Assembly (NCBI GenBank): GCA_910592345.1
Contig: CAJVPI010000079.1
Coordinates: 1-59,778, forward strand
Length of the DNA: 59,778 nt
DNA from: Paraglomus brasilianum
Lineage: Eukaryota
Reading direction: 5' to 3'
This document shows, piece after piece, positions 41,620-54,035 of this stretch. Each line of letters starts with the position of its first letter. Position 1 is the first letter of the stretch. The position numbers and the translations under genes are program-made. The notes below the pieces were generated by a model. That model saw only the letters and a program-made list of their open reading frames with translations. It was not told where the DNA came from and did no database searches.

Positions 41620-44600
41620 ATGATGGACATGCCAATTGCCGCCACTGCACAACCTATTGGAGGAGATAGTGTAAGCTATACAAGTCTATACACCTATTCT
41701 AAATATACATAGAGTGCAATACGTCATATGAGATGTAGGTTATACTTTCACGAGAAGGAATATACACTCACTTCATTTCGCAATCTCCTCTAGAATTATT
41801 ACTATCCTCCTCAGCCATCAATGCCACCCGTGGAAACCCAACAAACTCCTGCTAAACCACCAGAGAAGTCTCGCAATCTGGTTGCAGATCTAATAGATAC
41901 AGAAAAAGAATATGTTGAAAACCTAAAAGTCCTTTTGCAGGTTAGACGATGCATTAGCAAGTGTGATTTTTATGTCTTGAAATACAAGTCCGATATTTAC
42001 GCTGACATTAATGAATAGAAAGTCACTGCCTGCTGGAGCCCCGACAATCTTCCTCCACAACAATTAGATACGATATTTAGATGTATGGAAGCAATTTACA
42101 AACTGAATAAAAGATTTAGCATTGTGAGTATTGAATGACGATTCGCTTGATGTACTTCTATTAATACGCGTTCATGTCGCATAATTAATAACGCACGACT
42201 AATCAATCTAATGTTTCTATTCTCAAACCTGCAGAAACTTTCAAAAATAGGAACAAATCCTCAGGCAGCCCAAAACTTGGCCGATTTACTAATGTCTTGG
42301 GTAAATTATGCAAAAATCATGCAAAAATCATGCAGCCGTTTAATTTCCCCCAAGCGTGTTTCACTTACCACGTTATCTTTTAACAGATAGACGAAATGGA
42401 AGGACCATATACGAGGTTTTGTCAATCGTTCATGCGTGGATTCGACTCGTGGCCCGCAATAATAGAACATACTTCCCTTCAAGAAACTTTGGCTGTAAGG
42501 AAGAATCCAGTCTATAATGAATTGAATTTACGATTAGGTTTTTGTTTGACATTATTGTCTCTACATTACTTTTCCTTAGGCAATATCCTCAGCGCGCAAT
42601 GAACAAGTATCTCTTGAATATTATTTCGAAATGCCATTTGCTAGGTTACATTACTACAAGAAACTGTACATGGTAATGGTCTCACTATACATTCTCTTTA
42701 TAATATGCATTTTACTCTCATCTCGCTAACCATACCCCCCCCCCCCCTTTCAACAGAAACTCTTCAAAACAACAGATCCAGCCAGTGACGTCTGTCAGCT
42801 TCTCCAAATAGCCAACGATCGTCTAGACGCTTTAATCTCTCTTGAATACCAGGCCAAAGCACCTGAGATACCGAATTTCGACGAAACATTGAACAATAAT
42901 AACCCAACTTACGCATCGGAACTGTCGGATCACACGCAAATGTTAGAACACGTAAATAATTATCCTAGGACAACATGGAATTTTGGATTAACAGAGCTAG
43001 AACAACAGCTGGATGTTACAAAAGTTAGAGATTTGTTTAATAAAGAACCCAAGGTAAGGTCACGGAGAATAGTTACGCGCAAACGATTAAGAGTACTTTG
43101 GAGGATTGGATAAATAGGAACTGTTGCGATTTTGTGTCCTAATACTCTTTACAATTTCTCCTCATATTAGAAAGTAAAAGTTGCACTGCAACCTTCTTCT
43201 CTTCCATTCCAACGCGAAATAGTAATGCATGACGACTTTATAACCATCGTTCGCTACGCCGATGGAGACATAATGCACCGGGCGCATCTGTTCTTGTTGA
43301 CCGATCTGTTACTCATTTGTCGAATTTACAACGCAGAGGATAGAATACAGAATCCGAATATGGAGTTTTGGTTGTTGTATCCACCACTTTCGGGGAGGCA
43401 TTTAGTCGTTAGAGATATGAAAGATAGTACAGATGGTAAGAAAACAAAGGGCGAGAAAGTACATGACAAAGGGCGAAAAAAGATCACTTTACTGATTGAC
43501 TAAATATTTGTGAATGTAGATATCATCGAGGTAACGGTAATGAAAAAGGAAAAATTATATTTCCGCGCTGAATCAAAAGAAGTTAAAGACGAATGGCTAA
43601 AAGAATTTGAGAGAGTAATCACATTTTCAGCTACAGGTAATTTGTTTATTTGTTTTTTTTTTTTTCGTCATTAACTGCATCTGCTTGTCATGTTCTCGTT
43701 CATAATATTCTGGAAATATTGCTTAAATTTTAGCCGATGTCAAGCCACAAGTGAAAACCAATGCTCCTTCCCTCCGCAAATTCCAAAGTACTCCTCAACT
43801 ACGGACGCCTATCTCACCGAGCGATGTTGTAAATAGCGGATCACCAGTGAGTCCGGTGATGGGACTACCCAGGAGTCCAGTGAACGGATCACCAGTAAGC
43901 CCAGCGATGGGGATGGGATTACCTAGGAGTCCAGTGAATGGATCATCGAGTCCAGTGATGGGTCTACCCAGGAGTCCGGTGAATGAATCACCAGTAAGCC
44001 CAGTGATGGGTCTGCCCAGGAGTCCAGTGAATGGATCACCAGTAAGTCCAGTGATGGGTCTACCCAGGAGTCCAGTGAATGGATCACCAGTAAGTCCAGT
44101 GATGGGTCTACCCAGGAGTCCAGTGAATGGGTCAGCGGGTCCAGAGAGGGAATTGCCGACGAGCCCGATGAACAGATTGTCAGCGAGCTTGAATAAGGGA
44201 TTACCGTCGAGACCATCGCCAGGTTTACCAAATCTAAAAAGGAGTTTAACAAACGGTGCACCTCGTTCACGCACACCCGAACCTCCACGCAGCGCTGGCG
44301 AACACTATCCTGGTGGTCTGAATCCCTATCCTTCGGAACAGGGCCGTTACAGCGATTCCGATTTGAGCAGAAACACCGGCTTCGCTGCCGATGTCGCTTC
44401 TTCCGCCTACAACCCTCTAAAACGCTCAAATTCGCTCACTTCGTTAGCATCTGTTTCCACAATTGCAACTGTTAAAGAGACTTTATACCAAACACCACCC
44501 TGTGAAGTTTTCATCTGGAAGAACGGCGAATGGACACCGTTAACAAGGAAAGAGCGATGTTTGGTTGAGGTGCGATTATCGACACAGAACAAAGGATGCT

Positions 44601-45241
44601 GGGCAATTATTCTTGAACGTAGTGGTCGCATGGTACTCAATGCTTGGGTTCACCCGACGACTTCGATTCATCGTGAGTCGCCAACAGATGTAAGCATTGC
44701 GTGTGAACTAGTTTCAAGACAAGAATACTATCGTGTCAACTGTCTATCCCAAGCGGAAGCCGACAAATTCCAACAGAGTCTACAGAAAATCAAGTACCTT
44801 AAACCAGAATTACCGACGCCACTTCCTTCTGTCATGGCGCCGCAGATTTTTGTCTCGAGATCATCATCGTTGGCAGGTGCAAATGGGCAAACCAAAGACG
44901 CTGAAGCTGTTGTCACACAAGTCATGGAAGCAAGATGTCGGCTGTTTCTACAGAATGACCACGGTGTTTGGACCAGTCTGGGATGGGGAAACATGAAGTT
45001 ACTGCTTGAGATTTCGTCACACAGAAAGAGGATTATTATTAATTCGGATAAGAATAAATCTAAATTAATTGATTCCATTGTGTGGGAAGATGGTGTAGAG
45101 AAGGTAGGAAAGGCTGGCGTGGCAATTACGCTGAAGAGAATAGAATCCAATGTCAGGATTATTTATATGATGCAGATGAAGGACGAGAAAACAGCTGTGA
45201 AGACGATCGAAGTGATAAAGGAAAAGAAACTGAAAAGTTGA
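41620..45241 (+). CDS. Rho guanine nucleotide exchange factor (DH-PH) with SP-rich repeat linker and two putative C-terminal PH-like domains
   Basis: DH: LVADLIDTEKEYVENLKVL, LDTIF, MEGPYTRF, YFEMPFARLHYYKKL. PH: HLFLLTDLLLICR...FRAESKEVKDEWLKEF. C-terminal beta-rich domains CEVFIWKNGEW and CRLFLQNDHGVWTSLGWG. Confidence 0.8.
43835..44130 (+). repeat. ~48-bp coding tandem repeat (GSPVSPVMGLPRSPVN) x~6
   Basis: Repeat visible in both the DNA and the translation. Confidence 0.95.
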
Positions 45242-45790
45242 GCAATTTTTGAATTTGTGTTGGTACCTGATTCGACATGTGGAATATCGCATAGGTCCAT
45301 ACGTTCTCTCTTTTTCTGTATTTGAATTGTACATAAGAATAACTTTGGACTTGTAAATTTACAAGAACAATTTTTATCATCAAAGACATTTTGCCATAGA
45401 TCGAAAATTAATTTATTGCCTAAATTAATATTAGGCTTGGAAATTGTAATAATTTTCCTTGAATAGAACATTATTAATAGTTAAATCATCGCGTAATCTT
45501 TTTTTTTTTTCATCTTGAATTGGTGATTAATATCGGCGGAACCAATAAAGGAGATTGTTTCGTATCACATTATCAATAAAACAAGATCATGGGACAGGAA
45601 TGAGTAAATGCCTTGCATAGTGTATCACAAATCCTCTGATCTACCTGTAAAATTTTAGCTCGTTCGGATGTTTCCAGAAAATTTTCCGCATGGCATATTG
45701 CTTTATTGTCAGAAATCCTTGTTATACTTGTAATAAACGCGCATGATATTCAATTAGCATCGTTATCATTATGCCGCACGATATGTAGTA

Positions 45791-46500
45791 CAGTGTGTTA
45801 CAAAAGTCTTTGGTTTAGCTATAGCTTCGACAATCAGATGATTAAATACTCGTTTGAAAGCAAAAACTAGACAATTTTAATTTATAACATTTAGCGGAGC
45901 GGGATATTTATATCATAATTCTGCAATATTTCTTGGTTGTTGTTCCCCACTCTTCCCTTGACAATGGCCCATAAGTTTTCAATAGGGTTTAGATCAAGAC
46001 TGTTAGAGGGCAGTCCTCATAGTCGAAACATATTATTAAAGGAATTCTTTGACTATGTTGCTTGTATGTCTAGAATAATGATTTTGTTGGAGCTGCTACT
46101 TCTTACCAAGCACCTTGTTAGCTTCAGAAATGTGTTTTCAATTGATACAGAATCGGAAGAGACTGTGAGATAAATGTATTCTGATGGGCTGAGATATGAA
46201 TTTATGGCCGAAATCGCGCATGTTTATTTTTTCCACTCTATTTTATCGATATATATTCTTTTCGTTGCTTGGTAAATTTGCTGGAGACATCAATAAGTAC
46301 AGGTGATCGGGATTTGGGTTACACTATCACATTTACCCGATTACTTTTGTTCAACCCCCATCCACATCGTTTGATAGAGCTCTTAATAAGATTTGACAAG
46401 TCGACTCAATTCAAAAGTTTTACTTACACTTCAACAAACCAATTTCCAGTTTTGATTCCTTATTTTCACCGGGGACTGCACAATCTGAAACGCATGGTTT
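45791..46500 (-). mobile_element. Decayed Tc1/mariner transposon
   Basis: TA|CAGTGTGTTAC terminus at 45791, similar to 6692. Minus-strand LPSNSLDLNPIENLWAIVKG at ~45955-46015 carries the catalytic E motif. Confidence 0.8.
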
Positions 46501-48644
46501 TTCATTTATCTATGCAAAATAATTAATTAACTGCTAACGCGGTACCAAATCCATTTTAATGAAATGACACAATTATTCAAATTATTATTAATAGTTTAAT
46601 GCATACCTTGTTTGTCAAATTATTGCTTTGAATCTCAGTTTTTTCATACTCGTATAAGACTCGTTGTACTGTACAGAATGAAGATTGGTCAAGGCAGAAT
46701 AAAATTATTTTTGACGTGCAGTATGTTTCTTTGTCACAGCAGGAAATCATTTATAACCTTTAAACCGAAGTAACTCTTGCTCCTTTCTCTGCAATTTTAT
46801 CTCGCTTGTGATAAACCCGCTCAGAAGCAAGCAACTAATCGTGTACTTGTAATTGTTTTCATTAAATGTTATTTCACACATGCTTCATGTTCTCCGCTTA
46901 GTTGATTTTCAGTTCAAATAGCCCAAGTTCATAATTATTAAGGAACTAGCACCTACATTAAAACCTATCCTTACTAATAAAACTCCACATTAATATTAAG
47001 CAAAGTCTAAATTAGGAATAACAAGTCCTGTCAGGAATAGGCTCCCGCGTCGGCCTAAGCTAACTCCTTTTTTGTAAGATATCGAAGAAGAATATTGCGA
47101 GCACCACTAATATCTCTATCAAGGTTTGTTTTACATTGGGGACAGCAAAACACCTTTTGGATCCACCTAGCTTTTTATGAATATAACCACAGGATCTACT
47201 TCTGTACAAATTACTACTCGACACCAGGGATGCTCACGTGCCTTATGGGTTGAAAGTGATAATGTGACCATATACACATGGCTCGAGCAGTCTTGGAACC
47301 AATGCGTCGTGGACCATTCCTTGAGTGCGAAATTCAGGTAGTAATATTATACGATAGTTTTCACAAAGCCTCCTTGTGTAGATTTGTTTTTTAAAGAACA
47401 AGTTTTGATCTCCCGCCTCAAGCTTTGTAAATCTCTGGGCAGTAATTGCTAGGGAACGAACATGCTAATTTATTATATCAACACAGACTCATACCCTCTT
47501 GAATAAAAATATCTTTTATTAATAAGAATGTTCCCGCTTAATTATGTGATTAAACGCACGCACGTGCAGGATAATGTAAATATAATTCGCTCAACCTTAA
47601 TAACTGCATGCAGTACTGCAGTACGAGCAAAAGAGTCGGTTTACATTCCCCGATTGGCAACAAGCACTGATGAAACCAAACGTAAGACTATAGTTTATTA
47701 TGCTCATTATAATCCAGATGGAAACGAAGTATCTTTCAGATATCCAAGGTTCGCGTATTATAAGTTTAGAGTACAGTTGTAGCATAATTGGATAAGTATA
47801 CGCTTCCTTTCGGACACAGACTTTCCATAAACCGTTTTGTTTCTCCACCTCCAAAGGATTTGGCTTTGCGCGGTATTATAAATACTGAAGTTAAAGTTGC
47901 AATCAAAGTTGGAAATTTATATTATTGTAAAATACGTACATTCTAATTATTTGCCCCGAGCGAAAATGAGGTACAAACATCTTTCCAACTCTAACAAATC
48001 CATAATAACAACGCATAGAAAGCCTATTGTGTTGGACATTCGTATTCAATACATATGTACCATTTTTCTTTGACTGTTTCTGATATCACTCATGAACACA
48101 GCGGGATCCGTACCATTAAAAATTGTCGTAGACTGTTGCTATCTCGCTAATGTGAAATTCTAACAAGGGTCCGATAATGATAAATAGTGTGAAATTTTTC
48201 TAGTGTGCACGCGTTGTTACAGCCTTCGAATCCTCATTATAACCATTCCACACATACGAAACTACGTAATTATATTGAAGCAGAAGTAATAGTAAGAAGG
48301 TTTCCAAAAAAGTATGGGATCCAAAATAGAACATGAGGAAATCATGACTGTAACACAACTCCTTCCCCACAAATGCTGTGTGATCTACCCCTGAGGTTAT
48401 AGTAATAGGAAAAACATTTAAATGAAATATGACAGAATGTCGATTCGATAACCAGACCTCCTTTTTGGATTCAGCACCCTTTCACACCTTTCTCCTATGC
48501 CCGTTCTATCCTCCTTTCTTTCTCGCTCTCCTGTCTTCCTTGCTGTCCGATAAGTTTACACACGTCGTTAAACTTACCACTCACTTCACCTCTTGTTTGT
48601 CACGTTTCCACCTCTCACTTCGTTAAAACAAATAACGAACCAAA

Positions 48645-49611
48645 ATGCCCATGCTAACATCCCCCATGTTTATGAACTTATGGATGGGTCCAAAGAAACA
48701 AGCAAGGAAGGAAAGGTATCACGAGAAACTTGCTTTCCAAGTGAAAGATATAATAATGGGCGAACCCGTTACTAAAGACAACAAGAAGAAACGTGCAGTA
48801 AAGGCCTTGCAGAGACATGATACAGCAATGAATATTGTCAACATTCTCAAAAGTATGCCGGATCCTACTGCAACGCAGGAAGAGCAAGTAGAGGAAGTGG
48901 AAAAGAAAGGGAGCACTAATGATGTCAACAGTGTTGTTAATAATGATAACGGCAATGTCGTTACAAAGAAGTCAAATCACTCTTGGTTTTCATTTATGAG
49001 ATTCAATAATACCGAGACAAAAACAACAGCCTCATCTGAGACGTCCAATTCCTCAGAAAACCCTGGTCAAGATTCTCGCGTAATTAGCGCATCTGCAGAA
49101 GTTTCGGTCACTCAATCGTCCAATTCCACAAAACTTGTACCTAAACCTCATTTTCGGCCGTCCGAGACTGAAATCTCTGTCCACATATTTTGGTGGGGTT
49201 ACGAAATCTACGTTCCTACCCCTTGTATGGGTCGTTTGAATCAAGCTCAGAACGTCAGTCAGGCTTTCATTGGGTTCATACGTTCAATTGCCGGTTCTGT
49301 TACTGCTTTGACACCGTATTGGGGATTTATATCGGCCTGGGTTGGATTGCAATTTAGCATTATCAAAATGCAGGATAATGGTCATGGCGTTGTGATAGCT
49401 GCCACATGGTAATATGCCAGAAAAGTTGATTTGGTTTGGTAATTGTTATAATGTCGGTTTTAATGACAGTATGACTTTTCTCTTCGTTTAGGGTACTTCC
49501 TATTGCGTTGATACCGCGACCTTGGTAAGTTAATTTTTTTTGGCTTTCCTTTATATGTGTCTATTGTGACTAACCTCGTGTCGCTTATTTTATAGGGACG
49601 TTGAAGATTGA
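48645..49611 (+). CDS. Hypothetical protein, three exons
   Basis: 255-aa first exon plus two small GT-AG exons. The C-terminal domain ISVHIFWWGYEIYVP...GVVIAATWVLPIALIPRPWDVED looks structured. No function recognised. Confidence 0.75.
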
Positions 49612-50924
49612 TTGAACATTCTTGTATTTTTATGTGATCTGCTTGTAGATATTAAATTTGTATATTTCTTTATTATCTATATTATGTACAATATATTCAG
49701 TCGATCTATTATTACCATGTATTGAGGCTATTATAATCAGAGTAAATTATCTTAAGTGTCTACCCAACGAAAGTAGTACTCTCATCTTTCCTGGCAAGTC
49801 TTGATTTGTCCAATATTTTTCGTTAGAATGACGGAAATCTACTGATTTATTTATCTCGGACGTGTGACGTTATGTTATCGCTTACTAATTGAATATTTGA
49901 CCATATAGTCGCGTTGAACTTTACTAACTGAAGTTAGGCACCAGGACAGTCATCTCATTCATTATGATATCATTCGCCCTACACTAGTTTCGCATTGCAA
50001 CAAATCTCTTCTATTGATACTCTCACAAACTGTTCATTCCAACGATAGTAATTATAACAGAATATATAATCAGTTTATTATATAAATATTATTCGATACT
50101 ATTACAGTATTAATACATGGAATGAGAGGATGAATTATCGTTCATTGAGCTACTAACACAGACTATTTGTTCCAATATTCGCTATTCTATTTTACGTATA
50201 AGCTTTAAGGGAATTAGGCAGATAGTAGTATTGCGTTAAGTCAACCTTTTTATTTATTTAGCGAGGACTAAAGGTTGCTAAACTCGTATGCTCGAAACGT
50301 TCCACTGTCTTATCTGGGCTATCTTTTGCTTAAAGATGGAGTTCTTCTTAGCTCATCCAACAAGCTACTCAACTTCTTTGCTATATATAATGGTTTAATG
50401 TAACAAATAAGCAAATAATAACAATATAGTTATGCGAACGTTTATATTTAAAGATTTCTGTTTACTCTAATCATTAACGCGTTTTTCACGAAATCTCGTC
50501 TCCAGAGGAATGTCAAAGCTCAAAAGGGAAATCTTTCCCAGAAAACCATTAAGTTGCAAATTTATGGTTGTATCTATAGAAATAATAAGTATGACAATGT
50601 ATTAATCATCCATATCAATATTCCCGACAGCGTGACTATAAAGAGGGTTGACTGTAGTAGTCCACAAGAAAACTTTCGTACTGATATAGTACTCGTCGCC
50701 AGTGTCTTGGAAGGTTCAAGCTATAGCATATAAAAATTAGGCTTTTATGTATCAAAAAAGGGTGATTATACGAAGATAAGGGGAAAAAACTGATGACATA
50801 TGATCGATACTTCGTAATCTTGCACATAGTACGATTGTATACTAAATAAAAATAGTAAAATTCAGAAGATTCTGTCTCTGTAAAGGAGGACGTAAATCCT
50901 AAAATGGCCATTCGTAATTCGAGT

Positions 50925-50958
<34 letters not shown>
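50925..50958. repeat. (TTTA)n microsatellite
   Basis: About 8 units read directly. Confidence 0.9.
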
Positions 50959-50959
<1 letters not shown>

Positions 50960-51196
50960 CAAGCTGTGCATCGACGATCATGAATTTCATGATCGCCGAT
51001 TTATAAACCCGTGCGCTATTCATATTCATGGCATATTATAATATTCACAAAATGTCGCCAGATCGAAAGGAAAAATATTATTATCAGATCACATACGCTG
51101 CTCGTAAAAACGAAGCACTTACGGTTTTCTTGTATACGGCTATTCACAGCAATTATAACGCACAGCAGAGCACGAAACATAAGGCAATTTCTAACG

Positions 51197-53717
51197 ATGC
51201 CACCCAAGAGGAAACTACCCTCTACCATTACAGAGCTTGCTGCCGCAACCGCCGTAGACTCTACAACTTTACCTCAAACGCCTAGCAAACGGCAGAAAAC
51301 GGTATCTATGAGAAAGCGAGCAATGCCTCCAGGAAGGCAAAATACTCCAAAACTCAAGACTACTTCCAAATGGTCTCCAACCTCTGTTTCTAGTCTTCCT
51401 CCCTCTCATTCCATTCCTGGTCTTTCCTCTTACGACTTTCCCAACGAAAACTGCTTAATGTGGTTTCGTTCCGACCTCAGATTACAAGACAATCCTGCTT
51501 TATCAACAGCAAGTAGAATTGCCCACGCTAATAGTAAATTCCTATTTGCACTATACATCATATCTCCGCAAGATTGGCAATTACACGATACAGCGGCCAT
51601 TAAAGTTAATTTTATTATGAGAAGTCTAAAGGTATTAAAAGAAAAACTGGCTGCACTAAACATACCATTGATTGTAGAGACAGTAGAGGAGAAAAAGAAC
51701 ATTGCGAGAGCGTTGACGGACATTTGTCAGAGAATTAATGTCAGTCACGTGTTTTCCAATATTGAATACGAAGTAAGGAAAGATCAGTAATGAGGTTTTA
51801 TGTTTAAAGAGAGAAACATTTAAGTATTCGTCTGTTGTCAGGTTGATGAACAGAAGCGCGATAAAGAATGCCAGAATGAATGCGAGACACATAAAATCAA
51901 GATTGAATTCTTTCATGATCAATGCGTAGCTATTCCAGGTTCAATTGTATCCAAGGTAAGTCACATATATCTATTCGACATATTCAACGTAAAATATATA
52001 TGATTTTAATATTAAACAATCTGTATACATAATTGCCTGCCTCACGTACTTATACGGACGCGATACTTGTCTTAATTACTCTTTATATTAATACCTTTTC
52101 TAAAATTCTACATCGTCCAAGCCTTCTAATTTTCTCACGCACTAATTCATCTAATAGGAAAACAAACCTTATACCGTGTACACTCCGTTTAAAAAAAACT
52201 GGCTGTCTACCGTAGAATCGACAGAGGCGTTTTTACAACTCTCTCCACCCCCAACCACACCTTTTCCGTCTTGTATCCGATCCACCCAACCTTCTCTCTT
52301 CTCTCTTCCTATACCTTCTTCTCCGGGAATTTATGAATACCCACTCGCTCTTCTCTCCATTTCATGTGAACTCTATCCAGCAGGAGAAGACGAAGCTCAT
52401 AAGCGTTTGAATGCGTTCATCGAGAAAAAGATTAATTCATATCACGATGACCGTGATATTCCTTGCATAGATGGATCAAGTGGTCTATCTCCGTATTTAG
52501 CTTCAGGGGTGATTTCCTGTCGTCAGTGTGTGAATGCTGCTCGTAGGGCAAATGGCAACAAACTACAAATAGGGAAAAAAGGTATTGTTTCATGGATTGC
52601 AGAGTTGGTGTGGCGAGATTTTTATCGCCATGTGTTGGTGGCCTTTCCCAGAGTTTGCATGAATAGAGCGTACAAGATACAATATGAAAACGTGAAATGG
52701 AATGAGAATGAGGAGATGTTTCAAAGATGGTGTGAAGGCAAGACTGGATATCCCATTGTTGATGCTGGTATGAGACAGCTTAATGGAAGCGGGTGGATGC
52801 ATAATAGGGTTAGGATGATTGCTGCTATGTTTTTGGTTAAAGGTGAGAGAAGCTATGTTCACGTCTTTTTAAATAGTGGCAGGATAAAGAGAGAATATTA
52901 GTAAGGAAAGCAATGATGCTGCTGTTTGTAAGAGAATGGACGCTTTATTACTTACATTATTTAGTAAACCCCCCCCCCCCCCCCAAAATTACATTTCTGT
53001 ATGCTTATTCAACTTTTACTGTTTTATTTCTGTCATTGGTTGTACCTTCAAAGACTTGCTGATTAATTGGCAAAAAGGAGAAAAGTATTTTATGCAACAT
53101 TTAATTGATGGTGACTTTGCAAATAATAATGGAGGCTGGCAATGGGTAAGTGGTTATACTGGATCGTAAACTTTATCTTAAAAAAATATTAATATACATA
53201 TCACTATTGCCACATTGCAGTGCGCGTCTAGCGGAACAGACGCTCAGGTAAACTTCAGTTTATTAATTACGGTTGAGATCAATTCACTGTTGAAGGCCTA
53301 ATCAAAATTGCATTTTTATTAGCCATATTTTAGGATATTTAATCCTCTTCTTCAATCTCAGAAGGTAAGCATTTCAAATTTTCTATAGTGGATCAACCCA
53401 ACGGATTCACGTTCTGTGTGATTAATATATTTTCTCGTTTGTTAGTTTGACCGAGATGGAATATATATCCAGAAATGGGTCCCTGAACTGAGGAGTCTGT
53501 CATCGAAACTCATCCACGATCCGTATGGATCATTGAGTCCAAAGGAATTTCAGCAGTTAGGGTAAGCAATAGTAGGCATCGACTTCTATACAACATGGTA
53601 CTGAGTTTGATACCATCATTACTAAATTATATTCGTAGATATCCTGCACCGATTGTCGATCATAAAGTTGCAAGACAGTTATGTTTGGAGAGATTTAAGG
53701 AAGCACTTGGGAAATAA
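51197..53717 (+). CDS. PHR1: Class I CPD DNA photolyase
   Basis: [118 protein letters not shown]. Confidence 0.93.
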
Positions 53718-54035
53718 GAATAACGGTTCGATATTACAAAGGAAGGAAATTTACAAAAATTTACAAATATACTAGAAAACATGTAATAACCAAAGATTTT
53801 TAATTTCTACTTGCAACAAGAATAATATTGTTTAACAATTCACAGAAAAAGTAATTGCAAGATAAATCGATACAAATAATTAAGCATATAAAATAAAGAA
53901 GCAAATACAAGACAAAACCCAAATTAACGTACAATAAGATTTGCTATACCATATCATATAGGGTATATGCATATATTCTATGTCGAGAATAACAACACTT
54001 TGAATGAATATTGGTCGTATTCTCAATCTTCAATG

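Noticed and set aside
43795..44429. Minus-strand repeat ORFs (GLTGDPFTGLLGRPIT)
   Set aside because: Antisense of the RhoGEF SP repeat.
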